Origin: Candidatus Nanopelagicales bacterium | Lineage (GTDB): Bacteria; Actinomycetota; Actinomycetes; S36-B12; UBA5976 | DNA length: 62,660 nt | Assembly: GCA_016463095.1 (NCBI GenBank) | Contig: JAEMSA010000004.1 | Location: 1-62,660, forward strand | Direction: 5' to 3' | Shown here: positions 55,234 through 62,660 of the stretch, one piece after another | Numbering within the stretch: position 1 is the first letter of the stretch | Layout: every line of letters begins with the position of its first letter | Made by a program: the position numbers and the translations under genes | The notes under the pieces: model-generated | The model's input: only the letters and a program-made list of their open reading frames with translations | The model's database searches: none | Told to the model about the DNA's origin: nothing

Positions 55234-55533
55234 ATGCCTAGAAGAAATAGACCAAAGAATTCAAAAAAAGACGAAAGCGAAGAATTTAACGTTGATCGTT
55301 TACTAGGTATTCAAAGAAGTGAAAATTGGTCAGATGATGATTGGATCGTCAGAAGAGTCACCGGATCTGCTGCCACTAAGGCTTATAGATGTCCAGGTTG
55401 TGATCAAGAAATAAGACCAGCCACGCCACACACTGTTGCTTACGTTGTTGGTGAATTAGAAGAACGTCGACATTGGCATACCCCTTGTTGGAATAGTGAT
55501 CGCAAGAAACATAAAAGAGATTTAGATGACTGA
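55234..55533 (+). CDS. hypothetical zinc-ribbon protein conserved next to nucS
   Basis: 99 aa. It has basic termini and a CPGC...HWHTPCW putative metal site. Confidence 0.55.
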   Translation: MPRRNRPKNSKKDESEEFNVDRLLGIQRSENWSDDDWIVRRVTGSAATKAYRCPGCDQEIRPATPHTVAYVVGELEERRHWHTPCWNSDRKKHKRDLDD

Positions 55534-56263
55534 AATTGTGGCTAATAGTGTATTGCCGGCCAAGAGAGAATTAATTAATTTAATAACTTCTGATGGCGAA
55601 AATTTAATTGGAGAATTAGCTTCACCACTCCAAGGTAAAGCAATAGCAACAATTATTACTGTTCATCCGCTACCTACTCATGGTGGAAATACCGATAGTC
55701 ATCTTTATCGAAAAATGTCTTGGAGACTGCCAGCTCTTGCTGGAATTAATATTTTAAGATTTAACACTCGAGGAACTTGTAGCAAATTAGGAACAAGTTC
55801 TGGTTCTTTTGATTCATCAAACAATGAAGGCAAAGATTTATTAGCCGCAATCAAATATGTCAAAGACCACAATTTAGGAAAGCCTTATATTGTTGGTTGG
55901 TCTTTTGGTACCGATGTCACACTTCGTCACGCCTATGAGCAAGACTTAACTGGAGTAATTCTTCTTTCACCACCACTTCGATATACCACCCAAGAGGAGT
56001 TAGCAAAATGGAAAAATGTTTCATTTCCGGTGGTTGCACTTATTCCAGAATTTGATGATTACTTAAAACCAGACGAAGCAAAACAAAGATTTAGTGTGGC
56101 ACCCAATATACAAATAGTTCCAGCAGCAGGGGCTAAGCATTTATGGGTTGGGGAAAATAGTGTCCAGGTTGTCTTAAACGAAATTGTGAAAATGATTGCT
56201 CCAAATAAGGTTCCTCTGCCAATTTCTTGGGATGGCCCAATGGAGAAGTGGAACGATATTTAG
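55526..56263 (+). CDS. alpha/beta-hydrolase-fold protein
   Basis: 245 aa with nucleophile-elbow-like VGWSFG and a late His (AKHLW). 8-nt overlap with the upstream ORF. Confidence 0.6.
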   Translation: MTEIVANSVLPAKRELINLITSDGENLIGELASPLQGKAIATIITVHPLPTHGGNTDSHLYRKMSWRLPALAGINILRFNTRGTCSKLGTSSGSFDSSNNEGKDLLAAIKYVKDHNLGKPYIVGWSFGTDVTLRHAYEQDLTGVILLSPPLRYTTQEELAKWKNVSFPVVALIPEFDDYLKPDEAKQRFSVAPNIQIVPAAGAKHLWVGENSVQVVLNEIVKMIAPNKVPLPISWDGPMEKWNDI

Positions 56264-56308
56264 TAATTAGTACAGTAGAAGTATCAAACTTAGTGAGGCG
56301 TAAATAAA

Positions 56309-57229
56309 TTGAGTAGTCAGATTCCTATGAGGGGCGCAATCGATTTAGGTGCGCTGGCTCAATCTAAAAAAGATCAAAGTATGGCAACCCAAGCTTTAGC
56401 AAATGCTCCAGCTGGTGTTGTTGTTGATGTTAACGAAGAAGATTTTCAACAAAAAGTTATAGATATTTCTAAAACAGTTCCAGTAATTGTTGATCTGTGG
56501 GCTGAATGGTGTGGTCCCTGTAAACAACTTTCGCCACTTTTAGAAAAATTAGCTGCTGAATATAAAGGTCGATTTATTTTGGCAAAAATTGATGTTGATG
56601 CCAATCCCAGACTTTCCCAAATGTTTCAAGTTCAATCTATTCCGGCTGTATTTGCTGTAATTGGTGAATCTGCTGGTCCACTATTTCAAGGAGCGATTCC
56701 TGAAGCTGAACTTCGCCAAGTTATTGAAGAAGTTTTAAGAATTGCAGCTGAGCAAGGCATTAATGGAACAATCGACACAGAAGTTCAAGAAGAAGTACCA
56801 GTTGTTGAAGAAGAACAAATTGATCCCAGATTAGAAGCTGCATTTAATGCCATTGAAAAAGGTGATTTTGTTGCAGCCACTAATGCCTATAAAGAAATGC
56901 TTAATCAAAATCCGGCAGATCAAGTTGCACTAGCAGGACTTGCTCAGGTGGGATTATTGGAAAGAGCATCCAAATTAGATCCCAATACTGTTTTGCAAAA
57001 AGCAAGTGATCGCAAAGATTTCGCTAGTCAAATGGATTTAGCTGATCTTGAATTAATGAAAGGAAATCCTGGTGCAGGATTTGCCATATTAATTAATGCC
57101 ATAAAAATTGCCATTGGTGAAGACAGAGACAGATTAAGAGCAAGGCTTTTAGAGTTATTTATGGTGGTGGGAGATAGTGACCCTGAGGTAATTAAGGCTC
57201 GAAGAGACCTAGCAAGCGCATTGTTCTAA
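56309..57229 (+). CDS. thioredoxin-domain plus TPR protein (YbbN/CnoX-like)
   Basis: An N-terminal thioredoxin fold with WAEWCGPCK is followed by a helical TPR-like C-terminal half. TTG start. Confidence 0.85.
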   Translation: MSSQIPMRGAIDLGALAQSKKDQSMATQALANAPAGVVVDVNEEDFQQKVIDISKTVPVIVDLWAEWCGPCKQLSPLLEKLAAEYKGRFILAKIDVDANPRLSQMFQVQSIPAVFAVIGESAGPLFQGAIPEAELRQVIEEVLRIAAEQGINGTIDTEVQEEVPVVEEEQIDPRLEAAFNAIEKGDFVAATNAYKEMLNQNPADQVALAGLAQVGLLERASKLDPNTVLQKASDRKDFASQMDLADLELMKGNPGAGFAILINAIKIAIGEDRDRLRARLLELFMVVGDSDPEVIKARRDLASALF

Positions 57230-57248
57230 ATCGTCTAAACTTAAAGCC

Positions 57249-58424
57249 ATGAGTTATTTAGATCACGCAGCAACTACGCCTATGTTGGCTGAATCTATTG
57301 CTGCTCTTAATGCTGAATTGGCACAAGTTGGAAATCCATCCTCCTTGCATTCATCAGGCAGAAGAGCTCGAAAAGTTGTGGAAGAATGTAGAGAAATAAT
57401 TGCTGCCGCACTTGGTGCAAGACCAATTGAAATTATATTCACTGGTAGTGGCACTGAAGCTAACAATTTAGCTGTTAAAGGATTATTTTGGGCTGCACAA
57501 AGTAAAGACAAAAATAAGAAAAGAATATTAGTTTCAGCAGTTGAACATCATGCTGTGTTAGATCCTGTTTTGTGGTTAGGCGAACATGAAGGTGCAGTGG
57601 TAGAAATATTACCTGTTGATAAATACGGCAGAGTGTTACCAGAAACTTTAAGTAAAGCATTTGAAAAAAATCCTCATGATGTAGCACTAGTCACTGTGAT
57701 GTGGGCTAATAATGAAGTTGGCACAGTGCAACCAATTGCAGAATTAGTAAAAATTGCTCATCAATATAAAACTGCAATTCATTCAGATGCAGTACAAGCG
57801 GTGGGTTGTTTAGAAGTTCATTTTGAAAACACTGATTTAGATGCCATGACTGTTACTGGTCACAAAGTGGGTGGGCCGCAAGGAATCGGTGCTCTAGTTT
57901 TGAAAAGAGATGTTGAATTAACACCGCTACTTCATGGTGGTGGGCAAGAACGAGATGTTAGATCAGGAACTCTGGCCGCACCATTAATTGCTGGTTTTGC
58001 GGCAGCTGTTACAACAGCGGTAACACAAAGATTTGCTAGAGCAACCAGATTAACTGCTTTACGAAATGATTTGATTAAAAGAATTCAAGATCAAGTTTCA
58101 GATGTGGTATTAAATGGCGATCCAGAAAATCGTTTACCAGGAAATGTTCATTTTTCATTTAAGGGTTGCGAGGGTGATGCACTCTTAATGTTGCTTGACG
58201 CCCAAGGAATTGAATGCTCAACTGGCTCTGCTTGTTCTGCAGGAATTCCACAACCATCACATGTACTTATTGCCATGGGCAGAGATGAAGTTACGGCAAG
58301 AGCTTCAATTAGATTTTCATTTGGTGCCACCTCAACACCAGATGATGTTGATGCGATCATGCAAGTTTTACCAGCAATTGTGGAAAGAGCTAAAAGAGCA
58401 GGAAAGCCAGCGGCTAAGAAATGA
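57249..58424 (+). CDS. iscS: cysteine desulfurase (IscS/NifS class)
   Basis: LDHAATTP, PLP-lysine region TVTGHKVGGPQG and active-site loop STGSACSAG. Confidence 0.9.
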   Translation: MSYLDHAATTPMLAESIAALNAELAQVGNPSSLHSSGRRARKVVEECREIIAAALGARPIEIIFTGSGTEANNLAVKGLFWAAQSKDKNKKRILVSAVEHHAVLDPVLWLGEHEGAVVEILPVDKYGRVLPETLSKAFEKNPHDVALVTVMWANNEVGTVQPIAELVKIAHQYKTAIHSDAVQAVGCLEVHFENTDLDAMTVTGHKVGGPQGIGALVLKRDVELTPLLHGGGQERDVRSGTLAAPLIAGFAAAVTTAVTQRFARATRLTALRNDLIKRIQDQVSDVVLNGDPENRLPGNVHFSFKGCEGDALLMLLDAQGIECSTGSACSAGIPQPSHVLIAMGRDEVTARASIRFSFGATSTPDDVDAIMQVLPAIVERAKRAGKPAAKK

Positions 58425-58556
58425 CTAAACGCGTAGTTGCGGCAATGAGTGGTGGTGTTGATTCTTCAGGGATTAACTCCAGGTCAAATTATTGTCTTTT
58501 ATGACAACACGCGAGTAATTAGTAGTGTCACTGTAGTAATAACCACTCGTAGTTAA
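58421..58556 (+). pseudogene. mnmA: remnant of tRNA 2-thiouridine synthase MnmA/TrmU (head and tail only)
   Basis: ATG 58421 overlaps the iscS stop and encodes MTKRVVAAMSGGVDSS, the PP-loop N-terminus. This frame stops at 58504. The +1 frame from 58470 encodes GLTPGQIIVFYDNTRVISSVTVVITTRS*, which resembles the MnmA C-terminus. About 330 central codons are missing. Confidence 0.6.
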
Positions 58557-60749
<2,193 letters not shown>

Positions 60750-60766
60750 ACAATAAGATATAAATC

Positions 60767-61063
60767 GTGTCAAGAATAACCCGTGAAGAAGTTGCTAACT
60801 TAGCCAGATTAGCTCGACTTGATTTAGCTGAATCTGAATTAGATGAATATGCCCAACAATTAGAAATCATTCTTGAATCAGTTGCCAAAGTTAGCGAAGT
60901 TTCAACCAAAGACGTTAAACCAATGTCTCATGCCACAGGTTTAGTAAATATTTTCCGTGAAGATATAACAAAAGAATCTTTAAAAAGAGAAGAAATACTT
61001 CGTTCCGCTCCTGCTACCGAAGATGATCGATTTAGAGTTCCTCGTATTTTGGATGAGGAATAA
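60767..61063 (+). CDS. gatC: Asp/Glu-tRNA amidotransferase subunit C
   Basis: 98 aa. EEVANLARLARLDLAESEL is typical of GatC. GTG start. It lies upstream of gatA. Confidence 0.9.
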   Translation: MSRITREEVANLARLARLDLAESELDEYAQQLEIILESVAKVSEVSTKDVKPMSHATGLVNIFREDITKESLKREEILRSAPATEDDRFRVPRILDEE

Positions 61064-62566
61064 ATGTCAGATTTAACCAAACTAAGTGCTCTTGAATTAA
61101 GTAGTGAATTAACTAAAGGCTCAGTTAGTGCTGTTGAAGTAACCAAAGCTCATCTTGATCGAATTGAATCCTTAGATAAAACAGTCCAATCTTTCCTACA
61201 CGTTGATAAAACAGGTGCAATCAAGCAAGCAGAAGAAGTAGACAAAAATAGAAAAGAAAAGAAAAAAGTTTCTTCTTTAGCAGGAGTTCCACTAGCACTT
61301 AAAGATGTGTTAACTCAAAAAGGTGTGCCTACAACTTGTGGTTCAAAAATATTAGAGGGTTGGATTCCTCCTTATGATTCAACTGTTGTTAAGAATTTAA
61401 AGAATGCTGGAATTGTAATTCTTGGGAAAACCAACATGGATGAATTCGCTATGGGTTCATCAACTGAAAATAGTGCATATTTTCCAACTAAAAATCCTTG
61501 GGATTTAACTAAAATTCCCGGTGGTTCATCTGGTGGATCTTCTGCGGCTGTTTCGGCATTTTTTGCACCCCTTGCAATAGGAACAGATACTGGTGGATCA
61601 ATTAGACAACCAGCAGCTGTAACAGGAATTGTGGGAGCAAAACCAAGTTATGGTGGCGTATCTCGCTTTGGTTTAGTTGCATTTGCGTCTTCTCTTGATC
61701 AAGCAGGACCTTTTGCTCGCACAGTTTTAGATTGCGCAATGTTGCATGAAGTTATGGCCGGACATGATCCTTTGGATTCAACCAGCATTAATCAACCAGT
61801 TCCAGATGTTGTGAGTGCTGCCAAGTTGCAAGATGTTAAAGGAATGAAAATAGGAATTATTAAAGAATTAGGTGGCAAGGGTTGGCAAACTGGAGTTTTA
61901 AACAGATTTAATGAATCAGTTGAATTACTTAAATCAATGGGTGCTCAAGTTAAAGAAATTTCTATTCCACATTCACTTTATGCACTCGCAACTTATTATT
62001 TGATTGCCCCCAGTGAAGCTTCAAGTAACTTAGCTCGCTTTGATGGCATGCGTTATGGCTTAAGAGTTGATGATGGCAACTTGAGTGCTGAAGAAGTAAT
62101 GAATAAAACTCGCGAAAAAGGTTTTGGTAAAGAAGTTAAAAGAAGAATCATGATCGGAACCTATGCTTTATCTTCTGGTTATTATGACGCTTATTACGCC
62201 CAAGCCCAAAAAGTTAGAGCATTAATTGCCCAAGATTTAACAAATGCTTTCAAAGAAGTTGATGTGTTAATTTCACCAACCTCACCAACAACTGCTTGGG
62301 GATTAGGGGAGCGAGTAAATAATCCAATGGCCATGTATTTGGCAGATCTGGCAACCTTGCCACCATCTCTTGCTGGAATTCCTGCAATGAGTGTGCCAAT
62401 TGGTTTAGCAGATGAAGATCAATTACCGGTCGGTTTGCAAATTGTTGCCCCATTTATGAATGATGATCGAATGTATCGAGTTGGTGGCGCAATTGAAGCA
62501 TCATTGAAATCTAAATGGAATGGTCTCTTAATTGACCAAGTTCCTGCTTTAGGTGGTGGAAAATGA
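61064..62566 (+). CDS. gatA: Asp/Glu-tRNA amidotransferase subunit A
   Basis: Amidase signature [11 protein letters not shown] and [12 protein letters not shown]. The start abuts the gatC stop. Confidence 0.95.
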   Translation: MSDLTKLSALELSSELTKGSVSAVEVTKAHLDRIESLDKTVQSFLHVDKTGAIKQAEEVDKNRKEKKKVSSLAGVPLALKDVLTQKGVPTTCGSKILEGWIPPYDSTVVKNLKNAGIVILGKTNMDEFAMGSSTENSAYFPTKNPWDLTKIPGGSSGGSSAAVSAFFAPLAIGTDTGGSIRQPAAVTGIVGAKPSYGGVSRFGLVAFASSLDQAGPFARTVLDCAMLHEVMAGHDPLDSTSINQPVPDVVSAAKLQDVKGMKIGIIKELGGKGWQTGVLNRFNESVELLKSMGAQVKEISIPHSLYALATYYLIAPSEASSNLARFDGMRYGLRVDDGNLSAEEVMNKTREKGFGKEVKRRIMIGTYALSSGYYDAYYAQAQKVRALIAQDLTNAFKEVDVLISPTSPTTAWGLGERVNNPMAMYLADLATLPPSLAGIPAMSVPIGLADEDQLPVGLQIVAPFMNDDRMYRVGGAIEASLKSKWNGLLIDQVPALGGGK

Positions 62567-62660
62567 GTACTTATGACGAAGCCATAAAGAAATATGATCC
62601 GGTTTTAGGTTTAGAAACTCACGTTGAATTATCAACTAATTCAAAAATGTTTTGTGGTTG
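62563..62660 (+). CDS. gatB: Asp/Glu-tRNA amidotransferase subunit B (5' fragment, runs off the window)
   Basis: The ATG overlaps the gatA stop (ATGA). The translation [32 protein letters not shown] matches the GatB N-terminus. Confidence 0.85.
   Translation, partial: MSTYDEAIKKYDPVLGLETHVELSTNSKMFCG

Overview
This window is a gene-dense, AT-rich stretch of core chromosome with actinobacterial gene order. I found no CRISPR array, transposase, integrase, prophage or recognisable defence system. From memory, three blocks are syntenic with Mycobacterium tuberculosis. The first is a nucleoside-salvage block (cdd/deoA/add and deoD/pmmB, as Rv3307-Rv3315). The second runs argS-lysA-hom-thrC-thrB-rho-rpmE-prfA-prmC-tsaC-like-rfe-atpBEFHAGDC-murA...nucS...thioredoxin-like (as Rv1292-Rv1324). 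The third is iscS-(mnmA)-ligA-gatCAB. The low GC content, very short spacers and frequent ATGA/TAATG start-stop overlaps suggest a streamlined freshwater actinobacterium (acI/Nanopelagicales-like); this is inference only.

The first ~25 kb holds a large nucleoside/deoxynucleoside uptake and catabolism supercluster. It comprises a BMP-family ABC importer, cdd, an MTAP-like phosphorylase, an MtaD-like deaminase, an SDR, deoA, add, punA, a phosphopentomutase-type mutase, deoC, two ALDH-family genes, a GuaB1-like enzyme and a purine permease. No protein regulator is visible in it.

The points most worth a second look:
- An apparent deletion scar of mnmA between iscS and ligA.
- A catalytic-domain-less ALDH paralog translationally coupled to deoC and a full-length ALDH.
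- Structured leaders in front of the regulator-less nucleoside genes.
- An internally duplicated ATP synthase delta subunit.
- An R/D/N/G-rich insertion in Rho.

I did not find a convincing novel multi-gene system. All product calls rest on motif recognition from the translated ORFs, not on database searches.
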